Shown piece by piece: positions 1-13,323 of a stretch of DNA of 64,000 nucleotides. Every line of letters begins with the position of its first letter. Within the stretch, counting starts at the first letter, position 1. The notes beneath the pieces are model-generated. The model had not been told where the DNA came from and ran no database searches. It was given only the letters and a program-made list of their open reading frames with translations. The translations under genes and the position numbers were made by a program. This DNA comes from Mobula hypostoma (Eukaryota): NCBI RefSeq assembly GCF_963921235.1, contig NC_086097.1:202494001-202558000 (forward strand), read 5' to 3'.

Positions 1-575
1 CTTCTGCCTTACGAGGGTTCACTCTCTTTAAAGACAGTCTAACATTGGCCTCTGAGACAGAGATCACAGGGTCATCAAGTGCAGTAGGGATCGTCACAGC
101 CGAAGTTGTGTTCTCCCTTTCAAAGCGTGCATAGAAGGCGTTGAGTTCATCTGGTAGTGAAGCATCGCTGCCATTCATACTATTGGGTTTCATTTTGTAG
201 GAAGTAATATCTTGCAGTCCCTGCCAGAGTTGCCATGCATCTGATATCGCCTCCAACCTTGTTTGAAATTGTCTCTTCTCCCTTGAAATAGCCCTCCGCA
301 AATCATACCTGGTTTTCAGGTACAGGCCTGGGTCGCCAGACTTGAATGCCACAGATCTAGTCTTCAGCAGATGACATACCTCCTGGTTCATGTACGGCTT
401 TTGGTTTGGGAATGTACAGTAAGTCTTTGTCGGCACACACTCATCCACACTGGTTTTAATGAAGTCGGTAACAACTGCAGCAAACTCATCCAGATTCGAA
501 GATGAATCCCTGAATACAGTCCAGTCCACCAATTCAAAGCAGTCTTGTAGGCACTTCTGTGCTTCTCTTGTGCAA
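1..575 (-). mobile_element. Rex1/Babar-like non-LTR retrotransposon fragment (region between endonuclease and RT)
   Basis: Minus strand reads ...PDELNAFYARF..., similar to the copy at 59280-60310; degenerate and cut by the window start. Confidence 0.7.
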
Positions 576-1779
576 ACCTAGTCCATAAAAATGGTTAAGT
601 AATTGGGGGAAAGTAATTGTGTGTATATGACTAAACAAAAGATGAGCTTATAGTCTTTTTCAGGGGTTATAAAATGGCCTTTGTCTAAGCATTTTAAGTC
701 TCACTACTAAACTACTTTGCTAATTTGTCTACAGATTGCCAGGAACCGTAATCTGTCCTCTCTGATTATTGGTTGTTATTCATTTTACAGTTCAGTTCAC
801 TTATGTTTTTTTTACACAACAACTACATTTGTTCAAAACAAGCAATAAAGATTAACAAAAATAACAGCCACAGAATTTGGATGTATAATCCCCCATGATT
901 TGTGGTGTTGATATCAGTTTCTCTATGCCCAGTGTATCATATGATACCTACTATATGTTACGCATTGATCATCCATTTGGGTTGCAGCCATACTAGTGCT
1001 TGTGAATGCCACACTCTTGGCTCCCAGAAAAAGATACAGTGGAAAGATTATGATATAAATCAGTGCCCAGTGCTTATCTAACACCAGCACTGCTAAACTA
1101 AATTTCAAATCATGAAACTAAAGCCATATGTCCATTCTACACAGTGAGTCAACTATGCACTTTAATAACTGTGTTATTAAAGAGATCACCATTATTCGCA
1201 GTTAGTTGATTATTAATTTATACAATGTGTTAATTTTCATGATTCATTGGGTTTCCAGGCCGCTTTTATGAATATAATAACAAGTTGGAGGTATGGGGTG
1301 TGGCAAGCACAAGCAGTTTGTAATGACCAAAGCTTCTACAGCACGGAGTTATTACCAGAGTGCATGATGACATCCAGCATGATGGAGAAGGAATGAATTA
1401 CATGAAAAGAAGACCACCTGATAGAAGAGAAAGGGGAGAAAGCAAAGTTCTTCAGCTAGAGGTCACATTGACTAAAGATATGCCAGATCATTTCTTCAAT
1501 GTAACCTCACTGAGGTGCTACGCAAAAGCCTTTTGTGATTCACTAAGTAGGCACACAATGAAATATGGCTGTAGTTGAGCAGGGCCAGAAATGCTCTGTG
1601 AGTGATTGCTAATGTTATAAAGCCCATCAGATTTAATAAAGCTTGTTCCTTTCCACCCGAAGCTGGTAATATTTGCAACACGTTGACATGTTGCATAGGG
1701 AAGTCACCGATGCTGCCTCTTCCAAGAAACTTAAATTTTACTCTCCATTGCAAAAGGCACTGGCAAAGCAGTGATCCAA

Positions 1780-2880
1780 CATTGCTGTAAACTTGACAAA
1801 TGAAATTTCACCTAGAGAAGTGCGGTATATTTGGGAAGGTTAATGTAGACAAGAGAATGCATAATAAATAGCTTGGTGCTGAGAGGAACAGAAGGAACTT
1901 GGAATGCATGACAACAAATTCCTGAATGTTAGAGGAATCAGATAGAGAAGATGGTTAAGGATGCATGGGGCATATTTAGCTTTATTGACTGAGGCATAGA
2001 ACATAAGAGCAAGCTGGTCATGCTAAAACTCTATGAAACATTAACTAGGTCACACCAGTAGTACTATGTATAGTCTGGTTGCAGATATAGGAAGAATTTG
2101 AAAATACCGAAGACCATGCAAATGAGAATTATACTTTATACTTTATTGTCGCCAAACAATTGATACTAGAACATACAATCATCACAGCGATATTTGATTC
2201 TGCGCTTCGTGCTCCCTGGAGTACAAATTGATAGTAACTATTAAAAATTTAAATTATAAATCATAAATAGAAAACAGAAAAGGGAAAGTAAGGTAGTGCA
2301 AAAAAAACAAGAAGCAGGTCCGGATATTTGGAGGGTACGGCCCAGATCCAGGTCAGGATCCGTTCAGCAGTCGTATCACAGTTGGAAAGAAGCTGTTCCC
2401 AAATCTGGCCGTACGAGTCTTCAAGCTCCTGAACCTTCTCCTGGAGGGAAGAGGGACAAAACGTGTGTTGGTTGGGTGGGTTGTGTCCTTGATTATCCTG
2501 GCAGCACTGCTCCGACAGCGTGCGGTGTAAAGTGAGTCCAAGGACAGAAGATTGGTTTGTGTGATGTGCTGCGCTGTGTTCACGATCTTCTGCAGCTTCT
2601 TCCGGTCTTGGACAGAATTAAGAGGTTGTTGCGAAGACTAGAGAAAATTAGATCTGAGAAAAGAATGACTTATCTGGTATTGTTTTATTTTGGAACAATG
2701 GAGACTGTATGGTAATTTAATTGAAAAGTCTAGACAGCTGAACAGGAAATACCCTCAGAAGGTTGTCTGCAACTAAGGCACATACTATAGATTACAATTA
2801 ATTGATAGAGGGACTGCAGGATAATTGAGAAAATGCTTTCATGCAAATAAAAGTTCGGGTCTGGAGATCACACTGGATGG
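1780..2880 (+). mobile_element. Old CR1 LINE 3' fragment, interrupted by a Rex-like insertion at about 2130-2615
   Basis: Degenerate CR1 C-terminal text (KLYETLTRSHQ.Y) that resumes after 2615. Confidence 0.6.
2130..2615 (-). mobile_element. Rex1/Babar-like LINE 3' end
   Basis: ORF 2353-2583 ends LPSRRRFRSLKTRTARFGNSFFPTVIRLLN; 3' tail AATAAAGTATAAAGTAT on the minus strand. Confidence 0.8.
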
Positions 2881-3443
2881 GTACTTCAGAAATCAAAATA
2901 TCCAAGAGTTGTGGTGGCTGAGAATATTCAAAGGGGAATTAAATAAATAGCTCCACTTCCTGCCAAAGGCAAAACAGGCTCCAAACATAGTAGTTATGCT
3001 CAACAGCTTAAACTTACTGTGCAGCCCTCTGTCTATCACTTCCTGAATCTTCAGAATCTATGCTGTCTGTCCAGGTCAGTTCTTGTCTGTACAAATGATG
3101 GGACACATGGAACAAATGATGAATTTTCTTTTTGAGCAGAACTTACATAATTTTGTCAATAAAGTTGTCCTACAAGCTGCAATATGTGGCTCTCAGCATC
3201 CACAATTTGCGGGAATGACCAGGGCCTCCATGACCTTCATCTCCACAGTGCAGGCACAGGTGTGTGACATGATCGCTGCCTGGAACAGATGGTAGAGCTT
3301 AGTGAACACCTGATCTGAAAAGGCTTTCCTTGGCTACATGTGGTGATAGGAACTTATGTTAGATTGGTGGGGCAAAACCTTCCTGTCCTGAGGCTTTCTG
3401 CTTTGAACTCATCTGGGAAGGCTGCCTTAATATCAGCACACAC

Positions 3444-3772
3444 ATGATAGAGGCGTACAAGATAATAAGAGGAATAGATAGAGTGGATAGCCAGCGCCTC
3501 TTCCCCAGGGCATCATTGCTCAATACAAGAGGACATGGCATTAAGGTAAGGGGTGGGAAGTTCAAGGGGGATATTAGAGGAAGGTTTTTTACTCAAAGAG
3601 TGGTTGGTGCGTGGAATGCACTGCCTGAGTCAGTGGTGGAGGCAGATACACTAGTGAAGTTTAAGAGACTACTAGACAGGTATATGGAGGAATCTAAGGT
3701 GGGGGCTTATATGGGAGGCAGGGTTTGAGGGTCAGCACAACACTGTGGGCCGAAGGGCCTGTACTGTGCTAC
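3444..3772 (+). mobile_element. CR1 LINE 3' end (5'-truncated)
   Basis: MIEAYKIIRGIDRVD...TRGHG...FFTQRVVGAWNALP is the CR1 ORF2 C-terminus; followed by a GGCCGAAGGGCC 3' hairpin. Confidence 0.9.
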
Positions 3773-3889
3773 GTTAACTTCCAGCCCATTATCCTTTGTG
3801 AAATAGGCTGAGCAGGAGAAAACTTAAGCAGCACCATGATGATTAAAAAGAGCAATGAATTGTCCTTGAATGATTCCACCCTTTCCCTA

Positions 3890-4500
3890 CCTAGTCCTTG
3901 GTGAATAAAATTGAAGTGAATCCCAAGGCATATTACATACATACGTTAAAAATAAGCAGGTAATGAGCATGTGGTAGAATCATTCAAGGACTTACAATAC
4001 CAAAAAAAGTAGATAAGACACTAAAGGAGTACTTTGCATTAGTATTCACAAGTAGGACACAGCGGATGGTGAGATAACAGAGGTGTGTGCTGATATTCTA
4101 TGACATGTTGCTATCAGGAAGGAGGTAGTATTGGGCCTCCAGAAGAACTTTTAAGGTGGTGAAGTCCTTATGGTATCTATCCCTGGTTATTGAGAGGAGT
4201 AATAGAGGAGATTGCTGGGGCATTGACAGATTTTCATTTTCTCTTTAGTTGCAAGTGAGGTTCCAGAGGACTGCAGAATAGTCAAAGTTATTCCTCTGTT
4301 TAAGGAAGGCAGTAGAGACATTTCAGTAAATACAGGCTGATGAGCCGTGAATCACTAGTAAGGAAGTTAGTGAAGAAGATTCTGAAGGATAGTATCTATT
4401 CACCTATGGAAAAGCATAGACTTATTAGGGATGGTCAACATAGTTTTGTGTGGGGAGGTCATATCTTGCAAACTTGATCGTTTTTTTGAGGAGGTGATGA
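3890..4500 (+). mobile_element. Degenerate CR1 ORF2 fragment
   Basis: VPEDCRIVKVIPLFKEG and GQHSFV-like motifs with frameshifts. Confidence 0.7.
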
Positions 4501-5490
4501 TGATTACATAGAATATAGAACTTAGAACACTGCAGCCCTTCAGCCAAGAATGTTGTGCCAACTTTTTAACCTACTCTTCCTAACCCTTCCTTCCTACATC
4601 ACCCTCCATTATTCTCTCGTCCATGTGCCTATCTAAGAGTTCCTTCAATGCCCCTTACGTATCTGCCTCTACACTGCCTTGACAGGGTATTCCATACACT
4701 CACCACTGACATCCCCCTTTATTTTCCTCCAATCACCTTAGAATTTTGTTCCCTGGTATTAGCCATTTCCATCATGGGAAAGTCTCTGGCTATCCACTCG
4801 ATCTTAGCCTCTCAACATCTTGTACATCAGAATCAAGTTCAAAGTAAATTTATTATCAAAATACATATCTGTTACCATATACAACCTTGAGATTCACTTT
4901 CCCAGTAAATACAAAGCAACACAATAGAATCACAAGATGGACAAACAACCCATGTGCAAAAGACAACAAACTATGCAAATACAGAAATAAAAAAAATAAA
5001 CAAAATTATAATAATAAATAAGTAATAAATATCGAGACTATGACATGAAGAGTCTTTGAAAGTGAGCCTATAGGTTGTGGTAACAGTTCAATGTCGGGGT
5101 GAGTGAAGCTATCCCCGCTGGTTCAAGAGCATGATGGTTGAGGGATAATAACTGTTCTAGAACCTGGAACTGTTCCTGTGCCTGGAGGCCTGTTTAGGAA
5201 GTCACTTTCATCCTCCTTCACTCCCAAGAGAACTCCCTCGGTCACTCAACCTATCCTCATAAGACAAATTCTCTAATCCAGGCAACATTCTGTTAAATCT
5301 CTTCTGCACCGTCTTTAAAGCTTCTCCATCCTTCCTGTAATGAGGCAACAAGAACTGAACAAATATTCCAAGTGTGGTCTAACAAGGTTTTTAATAGAGC
5401 TGCAACATTTCCTCATGGCTCTTGAACTCGGTCTCCCATTTAATTAAGGCCAATGCACCAGACACTTTCTTGGCCACCCTATCAACTTAG

Positions 5491-8230
5491 ACCGTAAGAC
5501 ATAGGAATAGAATTAGGCCAATTGGCCCACTGACTCTGCTCTGCCATTTCATCATGGCTGATCCATTTTTCCTCTCAGCCCCAATCTCCTGCCTTCTCTC
5601 CATATTTTTTCATGCCCTGACCAATCAAGAATTTATCAACCTCTGTCTTAAATATACATACAGAATTGGCCTCCAGCTGCCTGTGGCAACGAATTCCAAA
5701 GATTCACCACTCCCTGGCTAAAGAAATTCCTCCTTATCTCTGTTCTAAAAAGACATCTCTCTATTCTGAGACTGTGACCTCTGGTCTTAGACTCTCCCAC
5801 CAGAAGAAACATCCTCTCCATATCCACTCTATCAAGGCCTTTCACCATTCAATAGGTTTCAATAAGGTCACCCCTCATTCTTCTGAATTTCAGTGAACAC
5901 AGGTCCAGAACTATCAAGTGCTCTTCATACAACAAGCTATTCAATTCTGGAGTGATTTTCATGAACTCCCTTCGAATCCTCTCCAATTTCAGCACATCCT
6001 TTCTAAGGTGAGGGGCCCAAAACTGCTCGCATTTCTCCAAGTGAGGCCTCACCAGTACTTTATAAAGTCTCAACATTACATCCTTGAAATGAATGCTAAC
6101 ATTGCATTTGCCTTCCTCACTACAGGCTCAACCTGCAAATTAACCTTTAGAAAATCCTGCACAAGGACTCCCAAGTCCCCTTGTGCCTCAGATTTTTGTA
6201 TTTTCTCTCCACTTAGAAAATTGTCAATCCTTTCATTTCTTCTACCAAAGTGCATGACCATACACTTCCCAACACTGTATTCCATCTACCACTTCTTGAC
6301 CCATATCTCCTAATCTGTCTAAGTCCTGTAGCCTCTTTACTTCCTCATAACTACTAGCCCCTCCACCTATCTTCATATCATCTGCAAACTTTGCAACAAA
6401 ACCATCAATTCCATCGTCCAAATCATTGACATATAACATAAAAAGAATCGGTCCCAACACAGACCCCTGTGGAACACCACTAGTCACTCACCTGCAGCCA
6501 GTCAGAAAAGGCTCCCTTGATTCCACTCTTTGCCTCCTGCCAATCAGCCACTGCTTTATCCATGCTGGAATCTTTCCTGTAATACCATGGGCTCGTAGCT
6601 TGTTAAGCAGCCTCATGTGTGGCACCTTGTCGAAGGCCTTCTGAAAATCCAAATGCACAATATCAACAGATACTCCTTTGTCTATCTTACTTGTTATTTC
6701 TTCAAAGAATTCCAACAAATTTGTCAGGCAAGATTTTCCCTTGAGGAAACCATGCTGACAATGGCCATTATTATCACATGTCTCCAAGTACCCCAAAACT
6801 ACATCCTTAATAATTGACTTCATCTTTCCAACCACTGAGGTCAGACTAAATGGCCTATAATTTCCTTTCTTCTGCCTCTCTCCCTTCCTAAAGAGTGGAG
6901 TGACATTTGAAATTTTCCAGTCTCCCAGAACCATTCCAGAATCTAGTGATTTTGTTCCTATGTCTTATGGTCTAAGTTGATAGGGTGGCTAAGAAATCCA
7001 GTGATTCTGGAAAGATCATTACTAATGCCTCCACAATCTCTTCAGCCACCACCTTCAGAACTCTGGGGTGTACACCATCTGGTTCAGGTGACATATCTAC
7101 CTTCAGACCTTATATTTTCCCAAGAACCTTCTCCCTAGTAATGGTAACTTCTCACACTTCATAACCCCTGAAACTTAGAACTTCCACCATACTGCTAATG
7201 TCTCCCACAAGGAAGGCTGTTGCAAAATACTTATTCAGTTTGTTGTCATTTCCTTGTCCCCCATTACTACCTCTCCTGCATCATTTTCCAGTGGTCTAAT
7301 ATCCACTTTCGCCTTTCTTTTACACTTCAGGTATCTGAACAACATTTTAGTATCCTCTTCAATATTATTGGCTAACTTACTTTCTTATTCCATCTTTACC
7401 TTCTTAATGACTTATTCAGTTGCCTTCTGTTGGTATTTGAAAGCTTCCCACTATTTTCTGCTCTATTAAATGCCCTCTCTTCGTCTTTTATGTTGGCTTT
7501 GACTTCTCTTGTTAGCAACAGTTGTGTCATCTTGCCTTTAGAATACTTCTTCCTCTTTGGGATGTATATATCCTGGGCCTTCCAAATTGCTTCCAGAAAT
7601 TCCTGGCATTGCTGCTTTGCCATCATCCCTGCCAGTGTTCTTTTCCAATCACACTCAATCCAGAATGGCTGATCCCCTCGTGGGCACAACCATGAGCTGC
7701 ACTAAAAAGCCATCCCCTGGGCAATATAGAAACTCCCCCTCTTGGAATCCAGCACCAATCTGATTTTCCCAATCTACCTCCATATTGAAATCCCCTTGAC
7801 TCCTGTAATATTGCCCTTTTGGCATGCATTTTCTATCTCCCATTATAATTTGTTGACCACATTCTTACTACTGTTTGGGCATTTGTATATAACTCCCATC
7901 AAGGATGTTTTTGCCCTTGCAGTTCCTTAGCTGTATCCATAACGATTCAACACCTTCCGACCCTGTGTCGCCTCTTTCTAATGATTTCATTTCATTTTTT
8001 TACTAATAGGGCAACTGCCTCTGCCTTCCTGTCTGTCCTTTCAATACAATGTGTATCCTTGGACATTCAGCTTTCAGCTATAATCTTCTTTCAGCCATTA
8101 TTCAGTGCTGCCTACAACATCATACATGCCAATCTGTAACTGTGCTACATTTGATTACCTTATTCCATGTACTGCATGTATTCAGATACAATACCTTCAG
8201 TCCTGTATTCACCCGTTTTGACTTTTGTTC
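5491..8230 (-). mobile_element. Long 5'-truncated CR1 LINE (endonuclease tail, RT, 3' end), degenerate
   Basis: Consecutive minus ORFs: [79 protein letters not shown]; 3' tail near 5491-5510. Confidence 0.95.
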
Positions 8231-8399
8231 ACCTTTTACATTGCCTCTGTTTGTAAACCAACTACCTCATCTTCAGCACCATCACTCCAGTTCCCAACTT
8301 GTATGGCAAATCTCTGTTCTTCCAAACTGCCAAGAAGCATGCCATTTACCCTGTGTTCTACCTTCACAGTCGACCTCCCAAAGTGAATCACTTAATACT

Positions 8400-9650
8400 T
8401 CTCCAGGTTGAACTCCATTTGCCACTTCTCAGCCCAGCTCTGCATCCTGTCAATGTCCCATTATAACCCATGACAACCTTTTTCACTGTCCTCAACTCCA
8501 CAAACCTTGGACATCTGTAAATGTATGAACCCATCTTCCCACTTCCTCATCCAAGTGATTTATAAAAATCTGAAATAGCAGGGGTCCCAGAACAGATCCT
8601 GGTGGAACCCCTTTGGTCACTGACCTTCAGGCAGAATACCCTCCTTCTACAACCACCTTCTGCCTTCTATGGACAAGCCAATTCTGGATCCACACGGTCG
8701 TTTCCCTGGATCCCATGCTTACTGACTTTCTGAATTACTGTTGAGGGTAGGGCAGTGGAAGTTCTCTACATCGACTTCAGTGAAGCTTTCATCAAGATCC
8801 CTCACAGTAGGCTGATCCTGAAAATCAATGCATATGGGATCATTTGAGAGTTGGAAGATTGGGTTTAAAACCGGCTTGGACATTGAGGACAGAGGGAGTG
8901 GTGGAGAGGTGTTATTTTGGTTGGAAGAATGTGTGCAATCTGTGGTCCTCAAGATTCAGTGCTGGCACCTTTGTTATTTATCATATACAAATTATTTGGA
9001 TGGAAATGTACTTGGGTCGATTAGTAATTTTGTAGGTGATATAAAATTGAGGGATGTGGTTTGTAAGGAAGGTTGTTAAAGGGTACAGCACAATATAGAT
9101 CAGTTGGAAATGAGGACAGAGAAATGGCAGATAGCATTCAATCAATACAAGAGTAAGCTGTTGCACCTTGGAAGGTCAAATTTAAAAGGAAAGTAGACAA
9201 TGTATTACAATAATGGCATGATCCTGAGGAGCACTGATGTACAGAAGATTCTTAGGGTACAAATCTGTAGTTTCCTCAATGGCAACTGAAGTAGATAAGG
9301 TGGTAAAGAAGGTATACAGCATGCTTGCCTCCATTAGTCAGACTACTGAGTATAAATATTGGGAAGCCATGTTGCAGCTGTATATAATTTTGGATAGGTC
9401 ACATTTGGAATATTTTGTACAATTCTGGTTTCTGCATTACAGGAAGGATGTGGAGGCCTTGGAGAGGGCACAGAGGAGATTCACCAGGATATTGCCTGGC
9501 TTGGAGAATAGAAGCAATTAGGAAAGTTTGAATAAACGTGGATTGTTTTCTCTCTGAGTCGTGGACAAGGAACATAGCTCCCCCCCACCACCACCACCTC
9601 CCCCAAGGTGGAAAGGTTAAAAACTAAAGGACATAACTTTCAGGTAATGG
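8400..9650. mobile_element. Degenerate CR1 fragments (8400-8720 minus, 8740-9650 plus)
   Basis: GVPPGSVLGP on minus; on plus DFSEAF and LYIILDRSHLEYFVQFW...ALERAQRRFTRILPGL. Confidence 0.8.
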
Positions 9651-10756
9651 AGGGGACCCAAATTTGGTTTTTGACCATCTAAAAGATGAAAATCATAGGT
9701 TTATGGAATACAATGGGCTGATGGAAGATGGAGGAAAAGTAACCAATGGATAAATATAAAATATATCAAATTTTGCAAATAAACCTTCTGGAGGAGATAG
9801 CATTTGAGCAGCTATGAGGATGCTAATTTATTGAAAGGTGTTCCTCTTGTCATTGGCCATGGACTCATTTGCTAAGTTGTCTCTCCTCTACAGAAGGAAG
9901 TTATCACCACCAGTTATGTGTGTCCATTTTCTGCAAGGGAGAGAGAAACGTATTTTGAAATGTCAGCTCATATGTTTAGGTGATGTGCCTGTATGGGTTG
10001 ATAGTCAGTGAGGTGTATAAACCATGAGAAGTTGTGGCTAATGTTGGACACATCAGAATTTTAGGTGACAGTCCTGGCATACAGGCTTAATGTTAGCTGG
10101 GTGGTGAGGAACAGTGGACTGAGCATTGGTCATGGGCTTTGCTGCAAAGATACAATGTGACATTTGATGACATATGCACTGACCTTGGAGCCACTGAACT
10201 CCTTGCATCATGATATCCACTGATTTCTCAACATGTATTTGAAAAGTCCCCGGTCTCTGTGACAGAAAGTATTTGCCTGTTCTACACCTCCTCCACCAAC
10301 GTCATCAATATGGCATTGGAAAATTATGAGCTCACTCTCATGTTGGGTTATACTTTTAACAAATTGCCATCCCTTCACATCCAGAATGAGGTGCCTGCTG
10401 CTTTTAAGACAGTGAAATTCAATTTCAACCGCCCCAAGCTAATCAAAGTGCAGACTTGTACTAGTGATAAGATGATTAATGACAGCAGAGTTATTTCAAT
10501 GTGTATACAGGATTAATTCCAGTACCATTTGAAAGGGTATTGATTGATCACACCTTGCAGTCACTGCATCTGTTGTCAAATACTCTCCAATTTAGCCCTT
10601 AATGTACTAAGAGCAATTCCTAAAAAATAACAGCTTCTGTTAAAATGTTATTTCTCTGCAATATGTTTAAAAACCTGCTGTCTTTGTATTTTGCTAACTT
10701 CTTCTAAATTATAAATTCCTGTGCAAGTCGTTGAAAATGGTTTTAACTCCAGCTAC

Positions 10757-10963
10757 ACACTCAAAATGCTGGAGGAACTCAGCAGGCCAGGCTGCATTGA
10801 AGAAGAGTACTGTCGACTTTTCAGGCCGAAAACCTTCGGCAGGACAGATGTCAGCCTGAAACATCGACTGTACTCTTTTTTTAGATACTGCTAGGGCTAC
10901 TGAGTTCCTCTGGCATTTTGTGTGTATTGCTTGGATTTCCAGCATCTGCAGATTTTTTCTTGT
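10757..10963. mobile_element. Palindromic Penelope-derived short element with degenerate hammerhead motifs
   Basis: Inverted arms (CAAAATGCTGGAGGAACTCAGCAGG vs CTGAGTTCCTCTGGCATTTTG); 16-bp direct repeat TTTTAACTCCAGCTAC at 10741-10756 and 10964-10979. Confidence 0.75.
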
Positions 10964-12002
10964 TTTTAACTCCAGCTACTTGACTGAAACAAGGGGAGGG
11001 GGAACATTTAAAATTGACTGATTACTTACCTAAACCACATCATCAGTTATAGGTTCCCATTTTCACTTGGTATAATGGCCATTTAAGTATCCACAAAATC
11101 ACCCTTATCCCCTAAAGCCTTTATTAGTACCTGACAGTTTAAAAATTAGCTTTAAATACAATCATACCACAGATCAGGGTGAGAAGAAGCTCATTGTTTT
11201 AACTTGCAGTATTGAACCAGAAAGGGAATAGAGAGAAGAAGGCTTATCTGGGTCCCTAAAGTAAATCTTTTGCTTCAGTGCTTTTTTTCACCCCATTATC
11301 CCAATGATTGTCTCTCAACAGCCTTTGGGCTTGGCAAATTTAGATCACTTTTCTTCCAGAAAGAAAGCAAAGTTAGCTTAGTGGCTAATATAAATAATAA
11401 TTAACTAATATAAGTGGCTCATTCACTTACATGTCATATGTCTTGTTTCATGTGAAATTAACTCGCCAGCTCAGTTTCTACCTGGAAACCCTTGGGCAGT
11501 TAAAACCCATACAGACAATTTGAGAAATTAGAACTTTACACAATATTTAAAATTTCATCTAGACTTTGGCACTTGGACCTAATTCCTCATGCCCAATGTA
11601 AATGGAAATTGATAAGCAATAATATAATACTTGATAAACAGACACGTTATTTGCAAGCTTCCAAGGATTCACCAAGAAGACATGAGGAAAAGATTGCCTT
11701 ATTTGGCACTTCTGGATCAAGGTAAATCTGATTGTACTTATGACTAAAAAACAAATTTAAAATGTTCAGATCGGAGAAAAACTCTTGTACCTTCATCTTG
11801 ATGTATTTGGAATGTACCTGAATATTAGAATAAACTGAAGAATGTGTTGATACTAGAGAAAAAAACTTAGCTACAAACATTCTTTGAATAATTGAAACAT
11901 CCAAAACTTGTTTACTTTGTTGCTAACAAAAACTGTCAGATCCTGCAGAAGCTAATGGACACATGTTAGATTAAAAGTTAGTTCTTGATGTACACTTCAC
12001 AG

Positions 12003-12099
12003 GCAGCGAAAAGACGAATTAGAACAGAGGATGTCGGCACTGCAAGAAAGCCGCCGAGAGTTAATGGTTCAACTGGAGGGCCTGATGAAGTTACTGAAA
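12003..12099 (+). CDS. DTNA: alpha-dystrobrevin internal exon (second coiled-coil helix)
   Basis: cacag/gtaagg boundaries, 97 nt; (R)[32 protein letters not shown] matches the dystrobrevin coiled coil. Confidence 0.97.
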
Positions 12100-12567
12100 G
12101 TAAGGTCATTCTATGAGAAAATTAACAAATGTAACAAATTAATGTCATGAATATTCCTCATCTCTTTCTAGTTTTTGGTCAATTTTTAAAATAATTAAAT
12201 GCAAACAGCTATCCAGTTAGAAAGTTAGGAATATGAAGTTTAATTGACACATGTAGGCCAATGGATTTCTTTTTTTATAATCTCTAGCCTTGAATATAGC
12301 AGATTTGGAAAGAGCTATAGGCAGGGAACCTTTTTGTTGCTAATCCTAATTTACTACTGTTATGTCGTTGGATACGCATCTCAGAGAAGAAATCTCAAAG
12401 CCATCCTCAAATATTTTTGTCTCATTTTGTTCGTGTTTGCTTTAATAAATATATGCTACTACCTGCAGGATAGGAAGCTACTCTTATGAAACTGAATGAT
12501 GTGGAACAATTAAGGAATTATATGAACATACTTTGTCTAAACACTTGGTTTTTAAACTTTTGAATAG

Positions 12568-12588
12568 GAAGAAGAAATGAGACAGGAA
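12568..12588 (+). CDS. DTNA: alpha-dystrobrevin 21-nt alternative microexon (EEEMRQE)
   Basis: tag/gtaagt boundaries, phase 0; resembles the mammalian DTNA variable EEELKQG segment at the same position. Confidence 0.88.
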
Positions 12589-13283
12589 GTAAGTTTCCTG
12601 AATCAGCTTTGCTTTGCCCTCTGCTTGTGTTGTGGCTCAATAAAAATATGTTGTTTGTATTGCAACAAGCTGTGTTTTCTGTGGCAAATGACACTAATGT
12701 ACCTGAACTACTAAAGATAAGATTTGATTAATCTACTGAATTTATAACTAACTGCCTGTCTTAGTAAGAAGATTACAGATATATTGAAATATTCCTTTGG
12801 CTCGTTGAGTCTTTTCTATTGAATATAGCATTGAATATACCATAACTCAATATGGTAACGAGTTTACCTTTAATGGTCTGTTTTCTGGGTGTTCAACGAG
12901 AACTACTACGCATGCATTGTGATGAATTGAATTTTTCTGCAACTGATTGCTGTATAAATCTGACACCCCTTACTTTTTCAGGTGTGTACCCAGAATTGAA
13001 TCTAGCACAGTGGACTGGTTTTCCACTATTTTGGGGGAAAGTGTCAAAAGAAAATTATTTGCATGAATGTGTGGTTTTAAATATTGATTCACCTGAAAAC
13101 AATTTCAAAAAAAGTATGGGAGTAAATCAAAATTCACCTACAATGATGATGCTTAAAAACTTCACAAGTAGCTAATAAACTGTTGCTTGAATGTGAAATG
13201 AGAAAATCATTAGATTTATATTAATAATGCAGCTTCATTCTAACCTTTTATCTGTGAAACTATCTCTTTTCCTGAGCTGCATT

Positions 13284-13323
13284 TAACCAATTTCCCCCGG
13301 GATCAATAAAGTATGACTATGAC
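13284..13323 (+). repeat. Very short LINE 3' tail remnant with AATAAA
   Basis: TAACCAATTTCCCCCGGGATCAATAAAGTATGACTATGAC; a near-identical inverted copy lies at about 24311-24351. Confidence 0.65.

Noticed and set aside
9650..10516. Semi-open + frame (…YNVTFDDICTDLGATELLAS*YPL…NMALENYELTLMLGY…) considered as a pseudogene
   Set aside because: No recognisable homologue; several stops; a run of this length can arise by chance across six frames
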